From Campylobacterota bacterium (GTDB lineage: Bacteria; Campylobacterota; Campylobacteria; Campylobacterales; Arcobacteraceae), in assembly GCA_051746405.1 (NCBI GenBank), contig JBNJFB010000007.1:1-64000 (forward strand): a stretch of DNA of 64,000 nt, written 5' to 3'. A program made the translations under genes and the position numbers. Below are positions 28,087 through 38,054 of the stretch, piece after piece. The number at the start of each line of letters is the position of its first letter. Positions within the stretch are counted from its first letter, which is position 1. Below the pieces are notes generated by a model, which searched no databases, was not told the DNA's origin, and was given only the letters and a program-made list of their open reading frames with translations.

Positions 28087-29682
28087 ATGGAATCAATACT
28101 ATTTATACTTTTTTTATCACTTGCTATCTCATCTGTTTTAAATATAATATTAAAAAAATTCTCAATTTCCCATATAATTGGATATATACTAACAGGCGTA
28201 ATTATAACTTCTATTTTTAATTTAAAAAGTAATCATGATTTAAAAGCATTAGATTTAATAGCAGAGTTTGGGATAGTATTTTTGATGTTTACAATTGGTT
28301 TGGAAATGTCAGTGAAAAAACTAAAAAAGATGAAAGAACTACTTTTTGTTAATGGCTTTTTTCAAGTTTTCCTAAGCTCAATTGTAATTTTTGCAGCTTC
28401 TAAACTAGTCTTTAATATTGATACTATTTCATCAATTATTATAGCATTAGCATTTTCACTATCTTCTACTGCTATTGTTTTGACATACTTAAAACAGTCT
28501 AAAGATATTTATACACCTTATGGAAAAAAATCAACTGCTATTTTAATTTTTCAAGACCTAGCTGTAATCCCAATTCTTCTACTTATTAGCTTTTTATCAA
28601 ATGATACTTTAGCCTTTGAAGAGATTATCTTAAAAACTATTGTTTCAGCTACAGTTATAATAGTTTTTATGTTTACACTTGGTAAGAAAATAGTAAATTG
28701 GCTACTAAAATTCTCATCAAGCACACAATTAGAAGAGCTTTTTGTAGGTTCGGTTCTATCAATTGTAATTGGAGCTTCTATTTTAGCACATGAACTTGGT
28801 TTTACCTACTCCCTTGGAGCATTTATCGCAGGTATGATAATAGCTGAAACAAACTATGATATTAAAGTAGAGTCAGATATCGCTTCATACAAAGATTTGC
28901 TTCTTGGTACATTTTTCTTTACAGTTGGTACAAAAATAGATGTGCTTTATTTTATCGAAAATATCCACTATATACTTTCACTATTTATAGTAATTTTACT
29001 AATAAAAGCAGTAATTATTTATCTACTAATCAAGCGAAAATCAAGTAAAAATGACTCTGTAAAAGCAGCACTTGCACTAAGTCAAATTGGTGAGTTTTCA
29101 TTTGCTATTTTTGCTTTAGCAAGTAGTAATAATCTATTAGATGAAAAACTTGCTAATTTTTTGATTTTAATAACTGTTTTATCAATGGTATTAACACCTT
29201 TTATTATCAACAATATTTACAAAATAGCATCCTTTTTTGCAACTGAATATTTTGAAGCAGATAAAATTACTCCCATAAATAGTAAAAATCATATTATAGT
29301 TTGTGGTTACTCAGAACTAGGAAAAAGAGTTGCTAATAGACTATTCAAAGATGAAAAGAGTTTTGTAATAATATCTGATAACCTTCAACATGTACTTCAA
29401 GCTAGAAATAATGGATACATGGCATATTTTGGTCACTTAGAAAAACCACAAGTTCAAGAATCACTTAAAATTGATGAAGCAAATAGTATAATAATCACAC
29501 TAAATAATATAAGTAAAAAAAGACTAATTTGTGAAGCTATATTAAAGTATAAGCAAGATGCAAAAATAGTCTTAAAAATAAATACTTTTAGTGAAAAGAA
29601 AGAGTTTGAGAACTTAAATATCTACAACTATGTTCATGCCCACAACAAGATAGCTTCACTTTTAGTTAAAAAGAGTTTTTAA
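28087..29682 (+). CDS. CPA2/Kef-type cation:proton antiporter with TrkA-N domain
   Basis: AEFGIVFLMFTIGLE, LSSTAIV, LIFQD, SQIGEFSF, IIVCGYSELG. Confidence 0.92.
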   Translation: MESILFILFLSLAISSVLNIILKKFSISHIIGYILTGVIITSIFNLKSNHDLKALDLIAEFGIVFLMFTIGLEMSVKKLKKMKELLFVNGFFQVFLSSIVIFAASKLVFNIDTISSIIIALAFSLSSTAIVLTYLKQSKDIYTPYGKKSTAILIFQDLAVIPILLLISFLSNDTLAFEEIILKTIVSATVIIVFMFTLGKKIVNWLLKFSSSTQLEELFVGSVLSIVIGASILAHELGFTYSLGAFIAGMIIAETNYDIKVESDIASYKDLLLGTFFFTVGTKIDVLYFIENIHYILSLFIVILLIKAVIIYLLIKRKSSKNDSVKAALALSQIGEFSFAIFALASSNNLLDEKLANFLILITVLSMVLTPFIINNIYKIASFFATEYFEADKITPINSKNHIIVCGYSELGKRVANRLFKDEKSFVIISDNLQHVLQARNNGYMAYFGHLEKPQVQESLKIDEANSIIITLNNISKKRLICEAILKYKQDAKIVLKINTFSEKKEFENLNIYNYVHAHNKIASLLVKKSF

Positions 29683-29722
29683 CTTTTTTTTATTATAAAT
29701 TAGATACCATATATAAACATTT

Positions 29723-30856
29723 ATGGAGAGACTTTTGTACAACAAAGAACTACAAGCCATACAAAAATCAAACCGTTTTCGAACTAGAGAAATTTTTGAT
29801 GAGAATCTAATAGATTTAGCCTCAAATGACTATTTAGGTCTTGCTAATAATAAAATACTTTTAGAAAAAAGTTTTAATACTCTTTTAGATGAGAAAACAC
29901 ATGCACCTAAAGCATCTATGCTAGTAAACGGATACAGCAAAATTCATAAAAAATTTGAGAACAGACTTTGTCAATTAAATAACTTTGAAAATGGCATTGT
30001 CGTTGGCTCTGGTTTTTTAGCAAATATCTCTTTGATTGAGACTTTATGTAGAAAAGGTGATATGCTTTTTATTGATGAGCAGTATCACGCAAGTGGCGTA
30101 TTAGCTTCCAAGCTATTAAATAAAAAACAAGTCGTAATCTTCAAACATAATGATTCAGTTGATTTAGAAGAGAAGTTAAAACTACACAAAAATGCAAAAA
30201 GAAAAATCATAGCTATTGAGGGTGTTTACTCTATGAGTGGAGCTGTTGCTAGTAAAGAGTTATTTAATCTTGCAAATAGCTATGAGTGTTTATTGGTAGT
30301 TGATGAAGCACATAGTTCAGGAGTTTTAGGAGATAACCTTTTAGGAGTTTTTGATTATTATAATATCAAACCCTGCAAAAATCATATAAAAATGGGAACT
30401 TTAGGTAAGGCTTATGGCTCATATGGTGCATATATTTTAGCTTCAAAAGAGATTATTAGTTTTTTGGAAAATAAAGCATTACCTATAATATACTCAACAG
30501 CTCCATCTGTTTTTGATATAGCTTTAGGCTTACATAGTTTAGAGTACATTATAAATAATAAAGAAAAGTTAAAAGATAGAATAACCCAAAACTTACAAAT
30601 AGTAAAAGATAGTTTAAATATTGACTCAAAAAGTCTTATTATTCCAATAAATATAGGTGACAATAAAAAAGTCAAACAGATACAAACTCGCTTAAAACAA
30701 AAAGGTTTTTTGGTTGGTGCTATTAGACAGCCAACAGTTAAAAGTGCAATAATTAGACTTATTGCCAAAATTGATGTTTCAAAAGAAGAGCTTAAAGCTG
30801 TTTGTAATATGATAACAAGGTTAAAAAATGCGACTAATAACAAAGAATGCGAGTAA
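29723..30856 (+). CDS. bioF: 8-amino-7-oxononanoate synthase
   Basis: SNDYLGL, EGVYSM, VDEAH, GTLGKA, AIRQPTV. Confidence 0.88.
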   Translation: MERLLYNKELQAIQKSNRFRTREIFDENLIDLASNDYLGLANNKILLEKSFNTLLDEKTHAPKASMLVNGYSKIHKKFENRLCQLNNFENGIVVGSGFLANISLIETLCRKGDMLFIDEQYHASGVLASKLLNKKQVVIFKHNDSVDLEEKLKLHKNAKRKIIAIEGVYSMSGAVASKELFNLANSYECLLVVDEAHSSGVLGDNLLGVFDYYNIKPCKNHIKMGTLGKAYGSYGAYILASKEIISFLENKALPIIYSTAPSVFDIALGLHSLEYIINNKEKLKDRITQNLQIVKDSLNIDSKSLIIPINIGDNKKVKQIQTRLKQKGFLVGAIRQPTVKSAIIRLIAKIDVSKEELKAVCNMITRLKNATNNKECE

Positions 30857-31507
30857 TTGAAATTGATATTAAAAGAGTTAATAAAAGGGCATAAAAGATT
30901 CACAGAAAAAAAAATACCAAAATGGCAAGAGGAGTTAAAAGAGCTTGCAATAAATGGACAAAAACCTGAAGTATTATTTATTGGATGTTCAGATAGTAGA
31001 GTAACACCTGATTTAATGCTAAATACAAAACCAGGAGATATGTTTATTTTAAGAAATGTTGGTAACTTTGTACCTCCCTTTAAACATGATGAGGATTTCC
31101 ATGGAACTGCTGCTGCTATTGAGTTTGCTGTTGCGGTTTTAAAAGTAAAACATATAATTGTATGCGGACACTCTCACTGTGGAGCTTGTAAAAGCCTATA
31201 TGAAGATATACCAAATGATAGCTCCCTAATTCATGTTAAAACATGGTTAAAGCTTGGAGAAAAAGCAAAACAAAGAACCCTAAAGAACAAAAAGTTCTCA
31301 AATGAACAAGAGATGTACAGAGCAACTGAGAGAAACTCTATACGAAGCCAGCTGGATAATTTACTAACTTACCCTGATGTAAAAGCAAAACTTGATAAAA
31401 AACTTTTAGAGATTCATGGTTGGTACTATGATATTGAAACAGGTGGCATTGATTACTTTGATAAGCAAAATGATAATTTTAAACCCTTAGCACAAATGGA
31501 ACTATAA
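30857..31507 (+). CDS. Beta-class carbonic anhydrase
   Basis: GCSDSR, RNVGN, GHSHCG. Confidence 0.95.
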   Translation: MKLILKELIKGHKRFTEKKIPKWQEELKELAINGQKPEVLFIGCSDSRVTPDLMLNTKPGDMFILRNVGNFVPPFKHDEDFHGTAAAIEFAVAVLKVKHIIVCGHSHCGACKSLYEDIPNDSSLIHVKTWLKLGEKAKQRTLKNKKFSNEQEMYRATERNSIRSQLDNLLTYPDVKAKLDKKLLEIHGWYYDIETGGIDYFDKQNDNFKPLAQMEL

Positions 31508-31837
31508 ATGAATAATAATACACATGAAATAAGAAAATTACCAAAGAAAACTATAATTACAATAGCAATTATTATAATATTAGGTGCTTTAGTCTTTCTA
31601 GGATTAAAAGAGTTAAAAGAAGCAAAAATGACTGAAATAATAGCTACTTTAGGTCATAAAAATATTGAACAAATGCAAGTAATTAATAAACTAAGAGTAC
31701 AAGATGAAAAAACAAAATACAAAAGTACAGTTTATAAGGTTATGTTTTTTGATAAAGATACAGACAAAACTTGTATAGGTTTTATTCACATGGGTAGAAA
31801 TGACAACTATAGCAAAGATTTAAACTGCAAAAAATGA
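31508..31837 (+). CDS. Hypothetical single-TM protein
   Basis: 109-aa ORF with one N-terminal TM helix, abutting both neighbours. Confidence 0.7.
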   Translation: MNNNTHEIRKLPKKTIITIAIIIILGALVFLGLKELKEAKMTEIIATLGHKNIEQMQVINKLRVQDEKTKYKSTVYKVMFFDKDTDKTCIGFIHMGRNDNYSKDLNCKK

Positions 31838-31847
31838 TAGGAATAGT

Positions 31848-32909
31848 ATGAATTTAATAGAGAAACTAGAAAAAGATGAAAGACTAAATTATGAAGATGC
31901 TATAAATCTTTATGATTTAGACCTATTTACCATTGCAAAATATGCAAATAAAAAAAGAGCTAATAAGCATGGTAAAAAAACATATTTTAATATAAATAGA
32001 CATATAAATCCCACAAATGTATGTAAGGATGTTTGTCAATTTTGTGCATATAGTGCAAGTAGAAAAAACCCTGATCAATGGACTATGAGTCATGATGAGA
32101 TTCTTGACATAGTAAATAACTCATCGAAAAATGGAATAAAAGAGGTTCATATAGTCTCTGCACATAACCCACATACAGGAATACAATGGTATATGGATGT
32201 TTTTAAAAAAATAAAAGCAGACTATCCATCAATTCATGTAAAAGCTTTAACAGCTGCGGAAATACACTTTTTAGCAACTGAGTATAACCTAACATATCAA
32301 GAGATAATAGATATGATGAAAAAGCATGGAGTTGATTCTATGCCAGGTGGTGGTGCTGAGATTTTTGATGAAAAAATCAGAAAAAAAATATGCGGAGGTA
32401 AAGTTACTTCTAAACAGTGGCTGCAGATTCATAAGCTATGGCATGAAGCTGGAAATAAAAGTAATGCAACTATGCTTTTTGGTCATGTGGAGCAAAGGAA
32501 GCACAGAATTGACCATATGATAAGATTAAGAGATTTACAAGATGAAACTAATGGTTTCAATGCTTTTATTCCCTTAGTTTATCAAACTTCGAATAACTAC
32601 TTAAAAGTTCAAACAGCCCTTTCAGGTCAGGAGGTTTTAAAAACTTATGCCATAGCAAGATTAGTGCTAGATAATATTCCAAATATTAAAGCATACTGGG
32701 CAACATCAACTATGAAATTAGCATTAATAGCTCAAGAGTTTGGTGCAAATGATTTAGATGGTACTATTGAAAAAGAGTCTATTCAAAGTGCAGCTGGAGC
32801 TTCAAGTGCTAAAGGAATGGCAGTAGATGAGCTTGTAAATCTTATTAAAAACTCAGGATTTACACCTGTTGAGAGAGACTCAATATATAATGAATTGAAG
32901 GTATGGTAA
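31848..32909 (+). CDS. mqnE: Aminofutalosine synthase (radical SAM, futalosine menaquinone pathway)
   Basis: NRHINPTNVCKDVCQFC, MPGGGAEIF, NIKAYW, GANDLDGT. Confidence 0.92.
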   Translation: MNLIEKLEKDERLNYEDAINLYDLDLFTIAKYANKKRANKHGKKTYFNINRHINPTNVCKDVCQFCAYSASRKNPDQWTMSHDEILDIVNNSSKNGIKEVHIVSAHNPHTGIQWYMDVFKKIKADYPSIHVKALTAAEIHFLATEYNLTYQEIIDMMKKHGVDSMPGGGAEIFDEKIRKKICGGKVTSKQWLQIHKLWHEAGNKSNATMLFGHVEQRKHRIDHMIRLRDLQDETNGFNAFIPLVYQTSNNYLKVQTALSGQEVLKTYAIARLVLDNIPNIKAYWATSTMKLALIAQEFGANDLDGTIEKESIQSAAGASSAKGMAVDELVNLIKNSGFTPVERDSIYNELKVW

Positions 32910-32930
32910 AAAAATACCTTTAATTTAATT

Positions 32931-34499
32931 TTAATTTGGTTGAATAAATACTAAACCAAATTCAACTTCTAAAGAACCATTTTCTAGTTTTTTCATACTT
33001 ATTGGATATGATAAGTTTATAGAGTATAATTCATTGTTAATCATTTCAACTATATTAAAAAACTCTTTTGGACTATTTACCTCAATATTTACCGTATAGT
33101 TATACTCTAAATACTTATCATTAGAACTTGACTGATGCTTAATAGATGCTTTTTGAGGTAAGAGTATATTTAACTGCTCAGATACTCTATTTTTTGATAA
33201 GAACTCATCTTGAATATATTGATTGTTTCTTGTTCTATATGTAACATCATCTAAAGAAATAAACTCTTTTGCTAAAACAACTGCATTTACAAAATTTTTA
33301 TTCTCACTTTCAAATTTCACATCTATACTTTTATAAATACTACTTAACTCAGGTTGCAATGACTTTATATAAGTATCATCTTTTAAAAAATTACCCCTTA
33401 AAAGAAGTGCATCTTCATCTATTACAAACTCACTTAAAACAACATCATAAGGAATACTGCTAAATACTGCTTTAATTCTCTTTATCTTCTTATCATTCCT
33501 ATTCACATGGTCAGGTAGCTCTTGACTAACTGTATTTTGCTTTACAACTGGCTGGGTATCTTGTTTTTTTATTGCAAAATACTCATCATATAATTTATAC
33601 CCAACAAATCCAAGTGTTGATAAAATCAATAAGGCTATAAAAGATTTTAGTATATATCTTTTTTTCTCTTTTTTTCTTGGATGTATAAAACTCTGTTTTT
33701 GATGAATATCTTTAGATAACTCAAAAATCTCTTCATCAATATTTATTGGTAGATAGTCTATTTTTAGAAGTAATTCACTACTTAATTGATTTATCTGTTC
33801 TTGACTCAACTGCTTTAAATTATATAAAATAGTTATTTTTTCTATAAAAGTTTTAGAGTTACTCTCATAAAAACTATTTAGATTTTCATGTATAATCTCA
33901 CTTAATTCTAAGTAGTATATCTCATCATAGAGTTTTTGTCCAACAACATCATCATCATAAAAATGAGTTTTTTTAACACTTTCAAAAGTAGGTAACTCAA
34001 TTGTTTTACTAAAAACAATTTTTGAATTATCATCTAAAATAACAATAAAAGCTTTATTATTAAATAAAAAAATCAAAAGTTGATTTTTGCATATATTTTT
34101 TTCTATATGTAAATTTAATATATGAAAAGCAGAGTAGATATAATCAATACCTGTTTTTTCAAAGTAGTGCTGTGTTTCAAAAAGTGTAGTTTTTAAAACA
34201 GCGATATCATAATCACTATTAAAGTGTGCAATTTCACAATCATCTAAAGTTCTTGATTTTGATTTAGGAACTAAAGTTGTAGTGTCGCTTATTAGAAGTG
34301 TAGATATATATGTGGCATTAGCCTCTTTTTGAGATATATTTATTTTTTGAGCAATATCATGTGCTAGTAACTCATCTTTTACAAGAAATACAGAGCTATT
34401 AGTCTGTTCTAACTCTCCATTCTTTATTTTCTTGTAATCAAGCTTTAGTTGTGTATCATATTTAATTGCATTGATATATAAAAACTCTTTACTAAACAT
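32931..34499 (-). CDS. Single-TM protein, possible PilM/PilN/PilO-like fusion
   Basis: ~280-aa soluble N-terminus, one TM helix, two periplasmic alpha/beta modules; lies downstream of miaB-DUF374. Confidence 0.55.
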   Translation of the reverse strand: MFSKEFLYINAIKYDTQLKLDYKKIKNGELEQTNSSVFLVKDELLAHDIAQKINISQKEANATYISTLLISDTTTLVPKSKSRTLDDCEIAHFNSDYDIAVLKTTLFETQHYFEKTGIDYIYSAFHILNLHIEKNICKNQLLIFLFNNKAFIVILDDNSKIVFSKTIELPTFESVKKTHFYDDDVVGQKLYDEIYYLELSEIIHENLNSFYESNSKTFIEKITILYNLKQLSQEQINQLSSELLLKIDYLPINIDEEIFELSKDIHQKQSFIHPRKKEKKRYILKSFIALLILSTLGFVGYKLYDEYFAIKKQDTQPVVKQNTVSQELPDHVNRNDKKIKRIKAVFSSIPYDVVLSEFVIDEDALLLRGNFLKDDTYIKSLQPELSSIYKSIDVKFESENKNFVNAVVLAKEFISLDDVTYRTRNNQYIQDEFLSKNRVSEQLNILLPQKASIKHQSSSNDKYLEYNYTVNIEVNSPKEFFNIVEMINNELYSINLSYPISMKKLENGSLEVEFGLVFIQPN

Positions 34500-34517
34500 C
34501 TACTTCCTACTTAAGAA

Positions 34518-35144
34518 CTACTTTGTGGTATTTATCATTAACTTATCATAAATGGCACGCTTTGCATCTTCTAACTCAAGTCCTTCAATACTAAAAGGCT
34601 CTTGAACATAAAACTCAATTGTACCAAAAGGTTTTGGAATAATAAATTTATCCCATGAGTTTAATTGCCAATATTTAGATGGTTTACAATTAAAAACTGC
34701 AACTTTTGCTTTACTCTTTTGTGATATTGCTACTATTCCATTTGCCACATGAAATCTAGGGCCCCTTGGACCATCTGGAGTAATAGCTATATCATTACCC
34801 TTTTTTAACTCTTTTATTGTACTAATTAAAGCTTTAGCTCCACCTTTTGAAGATGAACCTCTAATAGAACCAATACCTAAATACTCAACAGTTTTAGTAA
34901 TAGCTTCACCATCTTTATGCTCACTTATTATAGCTCTTACTTTAGAGTTTGGTTTTAGTTTTTTATAATTAAAAGGTTGCATCAAAAGCTCACCATGCCA
35001 AAATGCAACTACAATAGTCTCATCTTGGGGAATATTTGCATGATGATATACTTTTTTATTTGTTAAATAGATAAATCTAACAATAAGTTGCATTATAAAA
35101 GGTGCAACCTTTACTGTTAGATAGTTTTTAAGTTGTTTTTTCAT
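34518..35144 (-). CDS. lpxJ: DUF374 lipid A late acyltransferase (LpxJ-like)
   Basis: FWHG, SEHKDGE, RGSS, TPDGPRGP, SWDKFIIPKPF; follows miaB. Confidence 0.75.
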   Translation of the reverse strand: MKKQLKNYLTVKVAPFIMQLIVRFIYLTNKKVYHHANIPQDETIVVAFWHGELLMQPFNYKKLKPNSKVRAIISEHKDGEAITKTVEYLGIGSIRGSSSKGGAKALISTIKELKKGNDIAITPDGPRGPRFHVANGIVAISQKSKAKVAVFNCKPSKYWQLNSWDKFIIPKPFGTIEFYVQEPFSIEGLELEDAKRAIYDKLMINTTK

Positions 35145-35146
35145 GA

Positions 35147-36457
35147 TTAATTAACAACTTCACCTTTTAAGGCTGTTCTTGTAACATCTGTTACTTTTAT
35201 ATTCACAAATTTACCTAAAAGTTCATCACTACCTTTAGCAAAAACTTGTAAATAATTATCTGTATATCCAGAAACCTCACCATTTGGTTTAAGTGTCTCT
35301 GCAAGTATTGTAACTGTTTGTCCTATAAAATTAGGCATAGACTCTTCTTGATGTCTTTTATGAAGTTCTATTAGTTGAGTTAATCTCTCACTTCCAATCT
35401 TATCATCAATCTCTTTATTTTCAAGCTTTAAAGCTTCAGTTTCAGGTCTAGGAGAGTATTTAAAATTAAAGATTTGATCAAATTTAACTTGATTTACCAC
35501 ATCTATTGTATCTTCAAACTGCTCTTGTGTCTCCCCTGGAAATGCAACAATAATATCTGTTGTAATTCTAAGGTTTGGCACAAGCTCTCTCATTTTAGCA
35601 GCTCTATTTAAGAACCACTCTTTTGTATATCCTCTTTTCATAGCTCTTAAAATAGAAGTTGAACCACTTTGTAATGGCATATGAATACATTTTGAGATTT
35701 TGTCATTTTTTGCAAACTCTTCAATAAACTCATCATCCATATGTAAAGGGTGGGGAGAAGTAAATCTAATTCTTTCTAGTCCATGGATTTTTGAAATATC
35801 TTGTAAAAGCTTTGTAAAAGAGTACTTAGGTCTTTTATCACTAAACCTTCTTCCATAAGAGTTAACATTTTGACCTAAAAGCATAACTTCTAAAGCACCC
35901 TGCTCAACTGCTTTTTGAACTTGCTTTACAATCATCTCAGGTGGAATAGAAATCTCTTCACCCCTTGTATTTGGTACAATACAGTAAGTACATTTTTTAT
36001 CGCAACCTACAGATATATTTACACTTGCTCTGTACTTATTTGTTTTTGCAGGCAAAAACTCATAAGTTGAGTCATCATTATCAAGGGCTATTTCTACAGC
36101 ACCTTTTTTGTCAACTATATCTTTAATCTTTGAAATATTTCTTGCACCTAATACAAAATCAACATATGGTGCTCTTTTAATTATATCTTTTCCTAAATGG
36201 CTTGCAGTACAACCACAAACACCAATTTTAGCACTTTTTTTCTTTTTTACATTAAATTGTCCTATTTCAGAAAAAAGTTTTTGTACAGGTTTTTCCCTAA
36301 CTGAACAGGTATTAATAATAATCAAATCAGCATCTTTTATATCTTGCGTCTGCTCATAATCTTTGTGTTTTTGCAATTCTGATGCGATATGTTGGCTATC
36401 AGTATCATTCATCTGACAGCCAAGTGTTTGTATAAATAGTTTTTTATTTGAACTCAT
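35147..36457 (-). CDS. miaB: tRNA-2-methylthio-N6-dimethylallyladenosine synthase
   Basis: TLGCQMN, NTCSVRE, GCDKKCTYC, TRAM domain. Confidence 0.96.
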   Translation of the reverse strand: MSSNKKLFIQTLGCQMNDTDSQHIASELQKHKDYEQTQDIKDADLIIINTCSVREKPVQKLFSEIGQFNVKKKKSAKIGVCGCTASHLGKDIIKRAPYVDFVLGARNISKIKDIVDKKGAVEIALDNDDSTYEFLPAKTNKYRASVNISVGCDKKCTYCIVPNTRGEEISIPPEMIVKQVQKAVEQGALEVMLLGQNVNSYGRRFSDKRPKYSFTKLLQDISKIHGLERIRFTSPHPLHMDDEFIEEFAKNDKISKCIHMPLQSGSTSILRAMKRGYTKEWFLNRAAKMRELVPNLRITTDIIVAFPGETQEQFEDTIDVVNQVKFDQIFNFKYSPRPETEALKLENKEIDDKIGSERLTQLIELHKRHQEESMPNFIGQTVTILAETLKPNGEVSGYTDNYLQVFAKGSDELLGKFVNIKVTDVTRTALKGEVVN

Positions 36458-36475
36458 AATTTTATAACACCTTAC

Positions 36476-36718
36476 TTAAAGTGCATGAACCTCATACATA
36501 TACTCATCATCAGCTAAACCATACTTTACTTCTCTAAAGTAAATATTTAACCCCTCGTCCTCTAGTGCATCAACTAAAGCCATCATATCTTTATGAGAAT
36601 TATCTCTATCAAAATAGTATATTTTTTCACCTAACTGTTTTAGTTCTTCTTTTATTTTATCTAATTCAACTTTTTTGGGTTTTTGATTTAACTCGTTTCT
36701 AGCAAATAGTAATTCCAT
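36476..36718 (-). CDS. HP0268-family nuclease
   Basis: MELLFARNEL...YFDRDNSHKD...REVKYGL...YEVH; conserved position upstream of miaB. Confidence 0.85.
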   Translation of the reverse strand: MELLFARNELNQKPKKVELDKIKEELKQLGEKIYYFDRDNSHKDMMALVDALEDEGLNIYFREVKYGLADDEYMYEVHAL

Positions 36719-36873
36719 ATTATTAAGCCCTTTTATTTTTTAATATAACTTTACATTCTATCTTAAGATTGCTTTAATTTCTATAAAAGATGTTTTTAGA
36801 TAAAATGTTTGTCTACTTTACATTGAAAATCAAAAAAACATTTCAGTGTTAACAAAAAAAAGGTTATTAATTA

Positions 36874-38052
36874 ATGGATAAGATTATAGATATTTTAGAT
36901 TCAATTGCCTATGAAAAAGGCCTTAAAGTTGAAGACGTTGAAAATGCTTTAAAAGAAGCATTAATCAAAACAGCAAAAAAAATGGTTGATGAAACTTTAA
37001 TTTTTGGTGCAAATATTGACAGAACAAATAAAAAGTTAGAACTTTCACAGAAAATTGAGGTAGTTCCAGATGGTGATAATAGAACATTAGGTATTGGTAG
37101 TGATGAGTATGGAAATGCACTTAACTCTGAAAACTATATTGAACTTAGTGAAGCAAAAGAGATTGATGATGATTTAGAGGTTGGAGATACAGTTGATTAT
37201 GATTTAGAGTTTGAAAATATGGGTAGAAATGCAGCAACAATTTTACATAGTAATTTTGAGTATAAAATCCAAAGATTTATAGAACAAAATCTTCTAAGCA
37301 AATATAAAAACAAAATTGGTAAAACAATCTCAGGTTCTGTTACAAGAGTTGATAGAGCTGAAAATACATATATTGAAATTGGAGAGATTAAGGGTATTTT
37401 ACCAAGAAAAAGCAGAATAAAAGGTGAGTCATTTAAAGTTGGTGATACCTTAAAAGCTGTTGTAAAATCTGTAAATATTGATAAATCTAATGGCTTAATA
37501 ATAGAAATTTCAAGAACAAGTCCAAAGTTCTTAGAATCACTTCTTAAGCTTGAAGTACCTGAATTAAAAGATGAAAAAATTACTATTGAGGGAAGTGCAA
37601 GAATACCAGGTAGCAGAGCTAAAATTGCACTACTTACAACTGACCCACAAATTGACCCAATTGGTTCTGTAGTTGGGGTAAAAGGTGTTAGAATTGGTGC
37701 AGTATCTCAACAGTTACATGGTGAAAATATTGACTGTGTTGAGTATTCAACTGTTCCTGAAATGTTCATAGCAAGAGCACTATCACCTGCTATTATTACT
37801 TCAGTACAAATTGAAGCAAAACCTTATGATAATGAAAAAGGTAAGGCGATTGTTAAAATTCCAAGTGACCAAAAATCTAAAGCAATTGGAAAGTCAGGTC
37901 TTAATATAAGATTAGCTTCAATGCTAACAAGATATGAAATTGAATTAATTGAGCTTGACAGTAAAGGTGATATAGGTCAAAATAGTTTCAATAGTAACAA
38001 TAATGAAAATAAAAACAGCGATACTTCATCATTAGAAGCACTATTTAAATAG
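36874..38052 (+). CDS. nusA: Transcription termination factor NusA
   Basis: S1 and KH domains; LEVPE, ARIPGSRAK, AIGKSGLNIRLAS. Confidence 0.96.
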   Translation: MDKIIDILDSIAYEKGLKVEDVENALKEALIKTAKKMVDETLIFGANIDRTNKKLELSQKIEVVPDGDNRTLGIGSDEYGNALNSENYIELSEAKEIDDDLEVGDTVDYDLEFENMGRNAATILHSNFEYKIQRFIEQNLLSKYKNKIGKTISGSVTRVDRAENTYIEIGEIKGILPRKSRIKGESFKVGDTLKAVVKSVNIDKSNGLIIEISRTSPKFLESLLKLEVPELKDEKITIEGSARIPGSRAKIALLTTDPQIDPIGSVVGVKGVRIGAVSQQLHGENIDCVEYSTVPEMFIARALSPAIITSVQIEAKPYDNEKGKAIVKIPSDQKSKAIGKSGLNIRLASMLTRYEIELIELDSKGDIGQNSFNSNNNENKNSDTSSLEALFK

Positions 38053-38054
38053 CC

